Source: Corallochytrium limacisporum Hawaii (lineage: Eukaryota; Protista; Pluriformea). Taken from it: a stretch of DNA of 64,000 bases. A model generated the notes under the pieces. The model did no database searches and was not told where the DNA came from. It worked only from the letters and a program-made list of their open reading frames with translations. Below, piece by piece: positions 51,017 through 63,700 of the stretch. Both the position numbers and the translations under genes were made by a program. The stretch covers positions 128,435 to 192,434 of the forward strand of contig PDIP01000011.1 of NCBI GenBank assembly GCA_002811645.1. The letters are read 5' to 3'. Within the stretch, counting starts at the first letter, position 1. The number at the start of each line of letters is the position of its first letter.

Positions 51017-54000
51017 TCGTAACCAGCTTTCTTAAGCGCGTCACGAAACAGAGTCAATGGTCCACAGCATTGTTCTGACACATATGTTGCCAACTATCCC
51101 AAGTCCAACAAATACACAAATACATATATTTTTACCGGAATATCAATCAACAATGTTTTAACAACAACTCGATCCACCCACAGCACCATTTATACCAGAA
51201 GATGATGTCAACACCAACAGCGAGAACCCAAACAAATACCGCAACAACAGTGAGCCCGTCGTCCGTATCATCAATAAGCACAAACAACTTTGAAAACGAC
51301 GACACAAGGAAAGCTGCTCAAAAGAACTGCAGCCAACGCCATAGCTACGTAATCAGACTTCACTTGCACAAGACACCGCCTCAGGGTGATCACACGCAGG
51401 CTCCTGACAGAGGGGTGACAGTGGGGACCCACACAAGGGCTGTGAGATGGGCCGCCCTCATAGTCACCGGCGCTGGAGAAGGAGCAGCACGGCGACAACG
51501 ATCCCATACGGACCGAGGCCCTTGTACCCCAGGGGGGGAGTTGGGCCCTCAAGAGTCTGCCGTACTTTCACTATAGGCTTTGCACCGGCGATGGGGGTTT
51601 TCATAGCCCTTATCCCTCAGACACTACTCTCCTTCTGGCTACCTCCACATTGATTTGAGAGAGGGTCTCAGCAACAGGGAAGCGGGAAAGGGGGGGTGGT
51701 GGTGCCTGTAGGCACCTTCCCTAGCACGCAATGTCATTTCAGAGAGTCACTTATAAGTATATACAAACTAAAAGTCTGTATATAACTATTAGCCCTAATA
51801 CATTTAATATGAATTAATTTGGAGGGCAGATGGAGGGGACCCTAATATCCCCCCTCCTCCTTTAAACCCTGCCGACCCGGGCCAAGGGGGGTTTAAAGAG
51901 AAGGGGTCCTAAACCGGGGCGGACGGAAATGCGCCAAAATCTTAACGGGTACCGAAGCAAGGGACCAAAAGAAAATTTCACCCGGCCGAAGGCAAGTGAA
52001 CCCTCCGGGGCTGTTTCCTTCGCGAGCTCCATGAGCCCCTGGTACATTGTACCCGGGAAATGATTCGAGGAGAGAGCCGTGGAGACGGGAAGAGAGAGGA
52101 GGGGGGGTTTGCGTCCTCGCTCCCTTCGCAATCCTTCAGTACGGGCCGCCCGTTTTGGAGGGGTGGGGGGTAAGGAGCAGTGCGTCCCGCCACGCACGGC
52201 TCACGATGGAGTGCTGCTGTCTTTTGCTGGCCCCCCCCCCCGGGGGCCTCCTTCCCCCGGGGTCGTCCCTCCCTCCCCGCCCGGTAGAGGGGGAGGTTTT
52301 CTTTTCCGCCCCTTTTTTTCTCTTTCTCTTTTCGCGGACGTTTGCGCGAAAAATTCAAAATACCTCTAAAAAAAAAAGAGGAGAACGGGAAAAAAAAGTA
52401 AAAGGGAAAAAAAATAAAGGAAGAAAGAGAAAGGGTGAAAAGAAAGGGAGGGAGTGTCAAGGGGAAAGAGACGGAGACGGGAGGTGCAGTGCCCGATTCC
52501 CCCCCCGCCCCGGGGGGGGGGGCACCCCCTTATTTCTTCCCTGTGGGTTATTTCCTTAGAGTTTCTTTCAGGCTGAGGGTACCAACACCCCCTGCCGCCC
52601 CTGAGCCCCCCCCCNNNNNNNNNNNNNNNNNNNNNNNNNNNNNNNNNNNNNNNNNNNNNNNNNNNNNNNNNNNNNNNNNNNNNNNNNNNNNCCCCCACGA
52701 GTTTCGAGTCGTGACCCCGGAGTTAGCGTGTTTCACTCACTGTTGGCAGGCAAACAAACATCAGAGTGGCATGGTTGCTACCTAGCTCCAACACGAAAAA
52801 TGATCAGTGTGTGATGGTACGTTTAGCTTAGTTTGGATGTCCGCATACACGCCCAGCGGTCGGCGCAAGTATAGCATCCTGAACGGCCCATACCTTGAAT
52901 TGATCATTCGGTTCAGCTGATGCTATTGGTTACACACAGGAACCGCTTTGGCAAGCCTTCAACATGTTTGAACCATGTCAATAAGCTTTGCAAGGAGGAG
53001 CTCTTCATAACCAAGGGACACTATCGGCCCTTCGAAAGACCAGGCTGGCTGCCGATGGGATTGTGGTGAGCGCCTGCTGCCAGAGGGCGCGCCAAATCCC
53101 TTCCCCACAATTGGGCCCCGAACTTTTCCCGCTTCTTTCCCCCGCTCGGCCCAGACCCACCACCCACACCGTACTTTCACTACCGCAGTCGTCCACCTCC
53201 CGTTGTGGCGGGAAAAAAATGAATTTTTGGCTCTCTCTTTCTCTCTGCCTCTCTCCCCTTCATCTCACGGAACCACCCGCCCTGGGGGGGAGGGAGGGGC
53301 GGCGGTGCTTCTCCCCCCCCCCTTCCCCCGTCGCGAACCCCCCCCCNNNNNNNNNNNNNNNNNNNNNNNNNNNNNNNNNNNNNNNNNNNNNNNNNNNNNN
53401 NNNNNNNNNNNNNNNNNNNNNNNNNNNNNNNNNNNNNNNNNNNNNNNNNNNNNNNNNNNNNNNNNNNNNNNNNNNNNNNNNNNNNNNTCCCCCGTCGCGA
53501 ACCCACCCCCACCCCACCGCCTCTGGCTTTTTGGGCGGGAGTCTCAATTTCCCCTTTCTCCTTTTCACTTTTCGATTTTTTTTTTCTCCTCCCCCTTTTT
53601 TTTTTGTGCGCGACCGAGGGAGCATTGGTACGTAGCACTCGGGGCGAGAGAGCGGGCAAAGACCGCCCGCCCCTGCGAGAGGGAGCACTGGAGCCTCGGG
53701 CAAAAAGGGAGAGGAGGACAAAAGTTTCCTTTTGGGCCCACTTCGGACCGCTGGTTCTTTGAAAACTTTTTGCTTTCGCGGGCTTCACACTTTCGTTTGT
53801 TCCTACCTGTGATGCGTTCATTTGATTCGGTTTGGAAGGATGGTGATGAAGAAGGTGATGATGATATTCATAAGAGTCGTGAAATGATCAATGCAGACGT
53901 GGAAGGTAATTGAAATTTGAGAGCCTGAAGGCTTCATTCGCTTTGTCGATGTCCGGCGGACTTAACTACGTTCAGACCTGGGTTTGGGGAAGCAACGGTT

Positions 54001-54183
54001 CTGTAAGTCTTCTTCCAATCGAGCGACTTTTGAAAGAATTAGAAACGGTAAAGAAACATCCAAACTCAGACAGGGATCAAGCAGAAGAGACCTACAGGCG
54101 TAGCGTTGACGTATATAGTACACGAGGGACTTACTCTTGACCAGGGAGGAAACAAAGCACATACGAACGAAACACACATCATC

Positions 54184-57100
54184 ATGGAGTTTAGGGAAGA
54201 CGGAGATCCCTTCAATGTCATGCTGCTTGAGTCGGCCAACGGCCCGTTCACGGTATTTCAGAGGATACTGGACACTAACCAACAAATGCGGGGGTCTGAA
54301 ATCAACCCAATGTTTGGCATGACCATTTCACCGACCAGTAACACAAACGATGCGCTCGAACGTGAAAGGCAACAGCGCAACCAGGAACAGTGGTGCGGTG
54401 TCAAGGACGATGGCACTCAGCAAGGAATTATCAATACGCCGCATCGTCCGGGAAGCTCCACTACTTCCCACCAGCAACAGCACGGTGCCAATACAGGCGG
54501 TAGTGCCATTGCCACACCCCGCACTCAATTCTTCCGGGACTTCAACATTAGCGAGACCCCTCGCAGGCAGATGGAGCAAGCGATTGCCTCTGGCAACCTC
54601 ACACTTGGCGCCACCCCTGGGCGCAGCACTACAGAACCCGCTGGTTCTCTCAGCGACGGTCTCAATTTGACCACCGTCGGTGACCTTCCAGATGTTGTAA
54701 GCACTGATATTTTCTACCATCAGTCCAACTCTAATGGAGCCTTTCCACAGGCAGGATTACGGGGTCTGCAGACCCCGCGCGGTAACCGCATCCATACTCA
54801 GCCGAACTCGGGCCTGATTACGCCCGGATCTGCCGGTTTCCGTGCGTGTTCCGGAGCCACTGGAGCTGAAGAGAGCCCATTGATCGTTGGCAATGCAGTG
54901 GATCTACAGTCAAACTTCTTGCAACCCCCCGCCCTCACCGGAGGCACGGACTCGCCTGATGGCGGCCGTTACCTGAGCAATGATAATGGCATGATTGTTC
55001 TGCCTTCCCCCCGTACAGAGATGCGTATGCACGCTGAGCGGGCGGAGTGGCAGAAACGCGAGCGCAATGCCGAGCTTAGCCGCCAGGCCGCTGAGCTTGC
55101 GGTCCACACTGCGCGTGAGGAGCCAGGGATGATAGGACATGGTGTTGAACACGGTATAATATCCGGTCAGCTACCAAGGAAGAAGAAGAAGCACGGTGTC
55201 ACCATTAAATCGACTGGCAGCCTTAAAAATCCGGCGCGTCCTTCCGGCATAATTCCGAATGCTCCGGGCAATGCCGGACTGAAGACAAAGGCGCGTGCTA
55301 AGACAAAGTTACCAAAGTCCTTGGTCGGTGCCTCAGCCTCACTTGAGAAAACCACTAAACTTAGCGGCTCCCTCGACACTGAGACGGAGAAGGAGCGCAA
55401 GCGTTTGGAACGTGAGCAGTTGCGCCAGGCCAAGGAAGCAGAACGTTTGGCCAAGCGCCAGGCCAAGGAAGAGGAGCGCAGGAGAGCTAAGGCCGAACGT
55501 GAGGCTGCGCGTCAGAAGGCACGTGAAGAGCGCGAAGCCAAGGAAGCGGCCAAGCGCAAGGCCCGAGAACGCCGGGAAAAGGAATTGAAGAAACAAAGGG
55601 CGAAGGAAAGTGCTAAGCGGCAGGTTCTGGCAGATCTGAAAAACCGTCAACAGCTCTCTGCGGCTGCTGCGGCTGCTGCGAATCACGCTGGCCTCAAGGC
55701 CAGCGGAATGCGTCCAGCTGCCGTACCTGTACATGGCCGCTCCGGTATTCCCAGTGTTCTGCAGTGCCACATGGCCATGGTTCCTGGCACCAATAAGGAT
55801 CAAGCAGCTGCTGCCCTGGCCGCTGCCAAGGCTGATGCTCTGCTCTGTCAGGACCCGTCATCCTTGCCTGTGCCGAAATATATTCCCGCCATTGACGCTG
55901 CACTCCAACACCTGCCCCGGGAAGCCTCCACATTGCAAGAGATTCATCTCTTCATTCAGACAACCTGGCCGTCGCGCGAGTGGGGCAGCAGTGTCATTGA
56001 AGGCCTCCTGAAGAACCTCGTCGAAGAAGGACGATATATGATTGTCAAAGAGACACAAGGCTACTGTCTGAATCCAAACCGTCCACGTGGACAGGATGCC
56101 ACGTCCATCAGCCCCTCTCAGAACATTACTGGTGGCTTGATCAACGAGACCAAGTGCTGGCTTTGCAAAGTTCTCGGCAATAAGGACGTGAGCCACCTGT
56201 GTGGCGTGTGCAATTTGTGGGAAAATTTACACTTTGTGGAGACAATGTACTACAAGCTAGCCGACGACCTATCCACGGTTACCGAAGATGCCACTAAGCG
56301 TATGATGGTGGACGCTTGTTGCTGGCTTGAAGAACGGCTCTTCGGTGCAGACAGCTCTTTTAAGATTGAACCATTCCGCGCTTGCTGGCTCTGTGATTTG
56401 GCCGAACGGGGCGAGTACAAACATCCTATCGCATGCTGTCCATGCTGGCGTAGCCAGGATACCCTGCGCCACGCCAAGGCACGCTTGACTGCTCAGGCCA
56501 CCGCCAGCGACGACGCAACCATGAGCACGCCGAAAGGTAAGGAAATGATGGCACGCCGGCTGTGCCAGATCACCCGTGTTATGGCCAACCTAGTAAAAGG
56601 AGAACCGATCATGGGTCGCCACATTGCCGCGAACCGCCGGACGTCTTCATGGGCGGCACGGCAGCGTCAGTTGGTACTGCTCCAGCAGCAGCAGCGTGAA
56701 AAGGCAGCTGCAGAGGCTGCTGCGCGCAAGGCACAGAAATCTGGCAGTGGCAGCGCTGCAAAAGCGGCCGCTCCATCTGCACCTTCTTCGAAGAAAAAGT
56801 CTGCCTCTAAAGCCTCTAGCGGCATCAAGAATGCCAAGAACACAACGGCCGTGACCCCATCGACGTCCGCAACAACAGCTATGGCTAAGGCCAGTGCGGC
56901 CAAGAAGAGCAGCGCCTCGCCGTTCAAGGCTAGCGAAGAAAAGGAGAACATCGCACCCTCGACAACAAACGATGATATGGACATCTGCGATGACGATGAA
57001 GATGAGGAGGACGTCGTAATGGCTGCAAGCCTGAAGCCCCTCAGTTCACTTGCCACGGTCCCGTCCGGGCGCTGTTCCATGCAGAATGTCGTGCAGCAAA

Positions 57101-57609
57101 CGCCTGTTTCGTCGCAGACTGCGGTCAAGATCACCGACGCAGAGAAGGACACGAGCGTCGTGAAAAGGATTGACATGGAAGACGCGGCTGTCGATCAGGC
57201 TCCTTCCGACGACCAATCCACCGTTGCAACGACCACCGAGACCGACCTCGCGTCACACAGCGACCACATTACCGCCACACCGGCGATCACGCGTCGGTCC
57301 TCTTCACGCGTCAATGGCGCGTCGGCGACGGTACACAGTGACTCGGTAGCTGTTAGCCACGATCATCAGCATAGCACCGTCTCCAAGCGGACGACGCGGT
57401 CCGCCCTAGCCGCGTCCAAACAAGCCACAGGTGCGAGCATGGCCACGACGGTGTCCGCGCCGAACTCTGCCTCTGTCGCAGCTCAGAACGCAGGCCAAAG
57501 CCCGAAACTCAGTCAGGCATCAACGGTAAATCTAGAGGAGGACCTGATTCTGAACGGGAACGGTGCTGAGAACGATTCTGCCGTTGCCGAAGGTGCTCGT
57601 GTGGAATGA
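54184..57609 (+). CDS. Large nuclear-type protein: S/T-P-rich N-terminus, coiled coil, winged-helix-like segment, two CWLC...CxxC motifs
   Basis: Open frame of about 1140 codons from atcATGg at 54184; no family recognised with certainty. Confidence 0.75.
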   Translation: MEFREDGDPFNVMLLESANGPFTVFQRILDTNQQMRGSEINPMFGMTISPTSNTNDALERERQQRNQEQWCGVKDDGTQQGIINTPHRPGSSTTSHQQQHGANTGGSAIATPRTQFFRDFNISETPRRQMEQAIASGNLTLGATPGRSTTEPAGSLSDGLNLTTVGDLPDVVSTDIFYHQSNSNGAFPQAGLRGLQTPRGNRIHTQPNSGLITPGSAGFRACSGATGAEESPLIVGNAVDLQSNFLQPPALTGGTDSPDGGRYLSNDNGMIVLPSPRTEMRMHAERAEWQKRERNAELSRQAAELAVHTAREEPGMIGHGVEHGIISGQLPRKKKKHGVTIKSTGSLKNPARPSGIIPNAPGNAGLKTKARAKTKLPKSLVGASASLEKTTKLSGSLDTETEKERKRLEREQLRQAKEAERLAKRQAKEEERRRAKAEREAARQKAREEREAKEAAKRKARERREKELKKQRAKESAKRQVLADLKNRQQLSAAAAAAANHAGLKASGMRPAAVPVHGRSGIPSVLQCHMAMVPGTNKDQAAAALAAAKADALLCQDPSSLPVPKYIPAIDAALQHLPREASTLQEIHLFIQTTWPSREWGSSVIEGLLKNLVEEGRYMIVKETQGYCLNPNRPRGQDATSISPSQNITGGLINETKCWLCKVLGNKDVSHLCGVCNLWENLHFVETMYYKLADDLSTVTEDATKRMMVDACCWLEERLFGADSSFKIEPFRACWLCDLAERGEYKHPIACCPCWRSQDTLRHAKARLTAQATASDDATMSTPKGKEMMARRLCQITRVMANLVKGEPIMGRHIAANRRTSSWAARQRQLVLLQQQQREKAAAEAAARKAQKSGSGSAAKAAAPSAPSSKKKSASKASSGIKNAKNTTAVTPSTSATTAMAKASAAKKSSASPFKASEEKENIAPSTTNDDMDICDDDEDEEDVVMAASLKPLSSLATVPSGRCSMQNVVQQTPVSSQTAVKITDAEKDTSVVKRIDMEDAAVDQAPSDDQSTVATTTETDLASHSDHITATPAITRRSSSRVNGASATVHSDSVAVSHDHQHSTVSKRTTRSALAASKQATGASMATTVSAPNSASVAAQNAGQSPKLSQASTVNLEEDLILNGNGAENDSAVAEGARVE

Positions 57610-57897
57610 CAGGAACAACAAATCAATTTAAAAAATAGCGAATGACGCAAAGTAATGGTCACAAGAAGCGCTCTGGGAATCCCAAGCATGTTGTTTGTTC
57701 TACATCGAGTACTATAACACAAAACACAACCATGACACAAATAAAAAACCAAAATCGGAAGGACGACATTGAAACTGATCTTGCACAAGAATATTGAGTC
57801 CATTGTGTTCTACATGTATTCTATTCACAAGTATATAACATTGTTAAGTCCAAAGAAGACAAATAAAAAACGATGTCATTGCTACGTTCGAATCCGT

Positions 57898-60726
57898 TCA
57901 GGCCTCTCCTGGATCTTCCTGCGGTAGCAAAGGCTCTTGTGGTGGTGCCCTGGGAACAACACGCGGGCCGGGCTGCTTCTCGACCTCCTCACCATCACCG
58001 TCCGCGGTACCCGTGACGTTAGCAGCCGCTTGCTCCAACGCTGCCGCCTCCATTTCCTGTGCCACTGTGTGTGTGGCGGCCGCGAGCTGTTCGGCAATAT
58101 CCGCAAAGCTAGGCCGGTCGTTGCGGTCCGCCTGCCAACAGGCCAGCATGATGTGATAGACCACGTCGGGACAGCCGTCGGGCGCGGGCATGCGGTAACC
58201 ATTCTTGAGCTTCTCCACGATTTCCTTATGCGCCATACGCGGGTACGGTGCCCGTCCGTAGCTCCACATTTCCCACATCAGTACCCCGTAGCTCCACACA
58301 TCACTCTTGGTGCTGAAGACTTTCTCGCCAATGACTTCAGGCGCCGTCCATTTGATCGGCAGGTTGTCAATAACCGCATTGCTGGGCATGCGCAGAATGC
58401 CACTTTCCGTCTCTACGCAGAGGCCGAAGTCCGCCAACTTAGCTTGTACAGTTAGCACGGCCTGCTGCTTAGTCAGGTGCGTTGTATCCCCTTGCTCTTG
58501 GATCAGGACGTTCCGGGCGGCCAAGTCACGGTGGAGCATGTTCTTCGACTCAAGGAGGCACATTGCGTCGCAGACCTGGGTGGCGATACGCAGCAGCGCG
58601 TGGCTATTTACAACCCATCGGCCGCGACTTCGCAGGTAGTCAGCACAGTTGCCATTGCCAATATACTCTAGAACAATGCACGCTGGACTGGACTGTGTGA
58701 GAACGCCTAACAGCCGCACAATCCCCGGGTGCTGAATTCTCGACAAGAGAAGCGCTTCGTTCCAAAACTCTGACAGCACCTTTTCATTATCAGCGTAGCT
58801 ATCCTTAAAGGTTTTGATGGCAACTTTGGTTCGCATTCTCGCGGCGGCAGTGACAGAGTCCACTGAGTCCACTGCTCCGACGGGTACTGGTTGATCTAGA
58901 CCCTTCTCCACTGCTTCCCGGTTCAATAAATGGCCCGAGTAAACCTCACCAAAGTGGCCCGTTCCCAACACTTTGCCCAGGAGAAGCATGTTTCGTGGCA
59001 GTTCATATCCGGCAGTTTTGAGGTGGTCGATGGCGTCATTGTAAGGGTGTTTGCCACGGACGGTGTCTGTGAAGTCCATTGGTGACGCGTATATGGGAAT
59101 CTCCGGCCGTTTCGTGCACGGATCGCCCAGATTCGTGACCAGTCCGTCCGCATCAGCTTGGTAGTGCTCAATCAATTGCTCGAGATCCGCAAAAAATACT
59201 TCATCGTCGCAGCTAAAGCGTCCAACTTTGTGTTTGATGCGGTAGTTGAAAAGGCGGCCCTCGTAGATCAGAGACAGAGTGTAATCACCCGGGTGTCGTG
59301 TGGATTCTCGCACTAGGAACATGCCATCGTGGCCACCTCCTTGCCTCAAAACTTCCTCGGCCTCTTCACGCGTTAGGCGGCCATGGAACCAGACTTGAAC
59401 CTTGAGCCAGTTCAAAGAGTCTGCACTTGAGGTCAGCCCAGTGATTTTCTTTGCCTTTGGTGCATTAATCTGCGTCAGACTGCCAAGAGTTGCACCCGCC
59501 ACTGGTGGAGTGGTCTGAACTGGCGTCGGTAATGGCCGACGGGCCATTGCATTACCACTGCCTCCACCTTCGTTTGACAAAGACATCTGTGCTTGGTCTG
59601 CAAGCTCCGCCGGAGGGCTGTGCATTGCAACCACTGGTGGATTAGTGGATGGGGGTTGAGGCGCTGGGCGGGTTCGACGGGCGTTTGTCTTGCCTTGGGC
59701 CGCCTGAGAATTGCGCAGGAGGGCGTCAGCCGCACCTGTGCTGGACCGGAGCGGCGGGGGTGGGACGCTAGGCAGTTGGGGCGGTGGTGCCTCTTCGTAG
59801 GTACGGTCGTCATCGTACTGTAAATGCTCCATATGCTCCGACATATTGGCGTAGTTGTGCTGCTGCGGGTCAGTATTGTTTCCTTGTTGTTGCTGCTGCT
59901 GTAACCGCAACTTAGCAAAGTGAGCCTTCATTTCGGCCTCCATGGCCTCGACCTCATCCTTGCGCAGAGTGTTACCTTCCTTTGGCTTTGGGCCCGGGTC
60001 CCGCACCGATCGTCGACGTATGAATGCCTGCGGATCCATTCCCTTCGGAATTCGCCGCACATAACTGGACAGGACTAAACCAGTCTCCCCGCTTTCCAGG
60101 TCCTGACATACCCAGAACCGTGATTCCATACGCGTGTCAACGATGCGCAGCAACGACAGTCGCTTATATGCGAGGTCATCCGTGGACCGCGTGTTCGAGT
60201 CGTAAAGAGTTACGCACAGATCGCTCATTCCGTCTGCGCTGTTTACCACTGTATCTGGCGTTCCTTGTTTAGGCACCCGCGCTGATGCTGGTACTCTGGG
60301 TACCTGTGGTGCTGCAGCCGCTGCCGTGGCAATGCCCGTCTGACTAACCTGGCTCCCCTGCCGACTAGCCGATTCTTTGAGACAGGTGGCGCTGCCGTTA
60401 ACGTTCTGTCCGGCTGATGCGCTCGGGGGATTCTTTCGCACTGGTACGGGAGGCGGTGCCTTTGCACCATGCTGTGCGGATCCGCTGAAGGATCCACCAA
60501 GAGATTCCTTAGATTCTGAAGATCCTTGGTCCGTCTGGGGCTGCGGAACTGGTATGTCTTTTCGTCCTGAACCAGACGAGTTCACGCGAGAGTGAGCTTC
60601 TGTGTTAGATGAGGACCGTTCCATCGGCTGGTCTGGCATAGATTCATGTGATCCCGACTTACCTGCACCGCCGACACGCTTCTTGAGCTTGTCTTTGATA
60701 CCAAAGGTACGATCTTTGAAACCCAT
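57898..60726 (-). CDS. CSK: Csk-like cytoplasmic tyrosine kinase (SH3-SH2-TK) with long insertions
   Basis: SH2 WFHG...FLVRES; HRDLAARN, LPIKWTAPE; Csk-typical LRSRGR and SYGRAPYPR; no Tyr in the activation loop. Confidence 0.85.
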   Translation of the reverse strand: MGFKDRTFGIKDKLKKRVGGAGKSGSHESMPDQPMERSSSNTEAHSRVNSSGSGRKDIPVPQPQTDQGSSESKESLGGSFSGSAQHGAKAPPPVPVRKNPPSASAGQNVNGSATCLKESASRQGSQVSQTGIATAAAAAPQVPRVPASARVPKQGTPDTVVNSADGMSDLCVTLYDSNTRSTDDLAYKRLSLLRIVDTRMESRFWVCQDLESGETGLVLSSYVRRIPKGMDPQAFIRRRSVRDPGPKPKEGNTLRKDEVEAMEAEMKAHFAKLRLQQQQQQGNNTDPQQHNYANMSEHMEHLQYDDDRTYEEAPPPQLPSVPPPPLRSSTGAADALLRNSQAAQGKTNARRTRPAPQPPSTNPPVVAMHSPPAELADQAQMSLSNEGGGSGNAMARRPLPTPVQTTPPVAGATLGSLTQINAPKAKKITGLTSSADSLNWLKVQVWFHGRLTREEAEEVLRQGGGHDGMFLVRESTRHPGDYTLSLIYEGRLFNYRIKHKVGRFSCDDEVFFADLEQLIEHYQADADGLVTNLGDPCTKRPEIPIYASPMDFTDTVRGKHPYNDAIDHLKTAGYELPRNMLLLGKVLGTGHFGEVYSGHLLNREAVEKGLDQPVPVGAVDSVDSVTAAARMRTKVAIKTFKDSYADNEKVLSEFWNEALLLSRIQHPGIVRLLGVLTQSSPACIVLEYIGNGNCADYLRSRGRWVVNSHALLRIATQVCDAMCLLESKNMLHRDLAARNVLIQEQGDTTHLTKQQAVLTVQAKLADFGLCVETESGILRMPSNAVIDNLPIKWTAPEVIGEKVFSTKSDVWSYGVLMWEMWSYGRAPYPRMAHKEIVEKLKNGYRMPAPDGCPDVVYHIMLACWQADRNDRPSFADIAEQLAAATHTVAQEMEAAALEQAAANVTGTADGDGEEVEKQPGPRVVPRAPPQEPLLPQEDPGEA

Positions 60727-63700
60727 GGTGAGACGTGTCGTCGATTTCCGATCAAACCTTTTGCCGCCTTCCCTGGTTGTTTAAACTACAGACTTCCTCC
60801 GGATTAAATGAATATTCGGATTATCTACCTCATGACTGTCCTTGTGTTGATGGAACCTTCTGAAGATATTCACGAATCACTTTTTTCACTAAAGTGGCGT
60901 TGGCGTTGGATGGATAGAATGAAAGAGACCAGCTCCTTCTCGTTGAGTCGCCGTACCACCTAGTTCTAGTGTCTATTCTAATCAGCCGGAATAGGTGGCG
61001 CCCAAGAGTCTTCTGGACCACCCGATTCTAGGCTTCGCGTATGCCCGCTATTTTCAATTGGAGTTGCATTTAGCAAGGTCCTAGATACAATACTTTCTAC
61101 TTCTATAAACACCTTCTCACTAAAGAATGTGGCAGGTCGATCAGATTTTATTTGTTTACCGCCGATCACCCCATTCTTACGAAAATGGGCAGGTGCAAAC
61201 ATGAGGACACATCGTCGTCGCAAGCAAACTATAGCAACTTAACCGGTCGAACATTACGACCACAAAAGCAACCACAGCTGTCCAAGTGCTCCCGGAGTCT
61301 TCGCATAAAGATGCCAAAAATAATTAACGAACCACACGCACCCAGGGGTTCCCAAGGAATGAGAGAGGCACCGCACCAAAAGTTTGCAGGGCTATAATGA
61401 ACCGGGCGGTGCCCCGGGAAGGGGGGGGGGTTCGGTCGGTTCGGTCAGCAGGCGAAATGGAGGTGAGGGTGGGGGGGTGGTGAAAAAATCGACCGGGCCA
61501 GGGGGAAGGGCCGGTGACGGGAGGTAGGGGAGCTTCGGGGTGGGTGGTCCGCGAGCAAAATGTCCAAGGCACGTCCCTCCCCTCGCCCCCTATCACCACC
61601 CCGCCAACCAACCTCTGCGAGTGAGGCAAGACTGAGACTCTCGCACCCCTGAGATTTGAAACGTTCCGGTCTCGAATACCTTTCGGCCAGGGAGGGGGGA
61701 GGTGCTAAGACTAAGAGTGGTGTGTGTGTGTGTGCGAGACATTTCGAGAGACCCGGCGGGGGAGGGGTGGTAGACAGAGTTGAGGTCCACCCCTTTGGGC
61801 AATTCTTGCTTAGTGGGTTGGAATTCGGAGGGGGGAGGGAGGGAGGGAGGGAGGTAGGTAGGGAGTGGGTGTAGTGGGGCATATTTGCCCTTATGGCCCA
61901 TAGCCTGCCCCCTTCCCTTCCCTACTGTCTGTGTGTCCCCCCCCCGGTCTCTGCCCCGGTGTTTTCGTTAAGGGCAAGTCATGGTTTGCATTTGGTCGCT
62001 CGCTCGCGATTGTATCACCGCACTGAAGGACTGCGTTGCGTGTGTGTGAGATAGAAACCCCGTCATCACGGATCCGTATAAGGTGTTTTCATAGCCAATG
62101 TACTTTGATGAACGGGGCAGGGCGGCAACCCCCAGCGGGAAAAAAATAAGAAAAAAAAACCTTGGGAGAAAATGGGAGAAAGTCGGACCAGACGGCCCCG
62201 GCGCGCGGTTACGGAGGAGGAGCTTGTGCGAGGCGGGATAGAGCGACCGGGAAAGGCGCCCTCCCGGGGGGGGGAGGGGAAGGGACAGAAAGGCCATGGC
62301 CAAAGCAAAGGTGGTTTTTTGGTGATCGGGTCCCGCCGGTTTTCTTATTTCCTTTTGTTCCGGTTTGGAATTTTTACCCCCTATTTTTTTTGTTGGTGGC
62401 TCTAGGTGGTTCAGTGATAGTGGGCGCAAGCAGTTGGTTGAAGGGCAACCGAACGCACTAGCGGCAGGCGACCAGCAGCGAAAAAAAAAGTGGCTGATGG
62501 TAGGAGCGAAATGGAAGAAAACGAATATAAGATATACCGTATATTTTATTTGATTAAATTTCCGGTTATTGTGTAATTTTATGTATTATCCGTATATAAT
62601 ATACTCTCGAGCGACTGGAATCCCGAAATGCCAGTGGTTTTGCCCCTTTGGGGAGGGCCCTCCCCGGGCGGGAGGGGAGGGGGGGATGGGCTGTCTGATT
62701 CTCCTCCCCTTTCCCAACCCTCTCGCTCTTGACCGTGAAATTTTCCTTCCCCTGCCTTTGCACCCGGTCCGTTGGAATGGGCTTTCCCTCCCTCCCTACC
62801 TTTTCACCGGTATTCTTTCTAGTTTTCTTCCCCGGCCGAGATCACCCCCCCCCCTCATTTTTTTTTGTTTTGGCCCAATCCAATCTTTAGGTACCAAAAA
62901 TAGGCCCCTGACTTAAAAATTAGGCCCCCTTCCGGATACTAACTTAGATTCCGTCGCACAAAGCACGCGAACTTCGGGTGGTATGGTGGGGAGGCCCTGA
63001 CCCCTTCTTCTCCGCCCTCCCTTCCCAGTTCCAAGTATGTGTCAGACGGGCGTGTAATTCGTCCCCATATTTTAGTTATATGCAGTCGGAAGGAAATAGG
63101 CCCCGAAACGAACCACCGGTGTTGCTCACAGTAGTGAATCTAGCGTAGGAAGGCAAACGGGTGGCGCACGTTTTTCGTCTGGTTTGCGAGATGTTACTGC
63201 CTTCTCTCCTCTCTTGTACGTTAGTGTGTCAGTTGTCCAAATCGAGGTCACCAATTTCCATAGCGAATATATGAAGAGAGAGTCATCGATTTTTCTGCTT
63301 TGTTTCATTTCGTCACTATCTCCGCAATCCCTACGAAGAGAGTCGATCCCGCTCCCTCTCTTGGACTGGCCGGAGTCTCTTTTCCTTCCACCCCCCCCAA
63401 CTGCCACCCAAACGTGAAGTACTTTCAGTACCGAACTGAGGGCTGCGGGAGAGAGCTACTTCCAATTTTCCTTCTGTCCTCCCCGACCCCCCCGCCATTT
63501 TCCGATGGTGCTGATGAGCGACGAACTGCGCAGAAAGAGACAGAGGGCGCGGACCCACGAGCAAGATGCCTCCTTCCACTGATAAGCGACGGGTACTCTA
63601 GTACGGAACCCGCGAAGGGTGAGGCGTGCAAAGGAGGGGGTCACCTCCTAGTGCCCACCCCACTTCCTGGACCCACGGAGAGGTTTGTAGAACTAGTCCG

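Noticed and set aside
51041-51124. Short uORFs upstream of the P5B polyamine ATPase
   Set aside because: No PS* or PPW motif and the TSS is unknown; cannot be supported
63511-63540. CTGATGA...GAAA hammerhead-like core
   Set aside because: Extra base before GAAA and no convincing stems I and III
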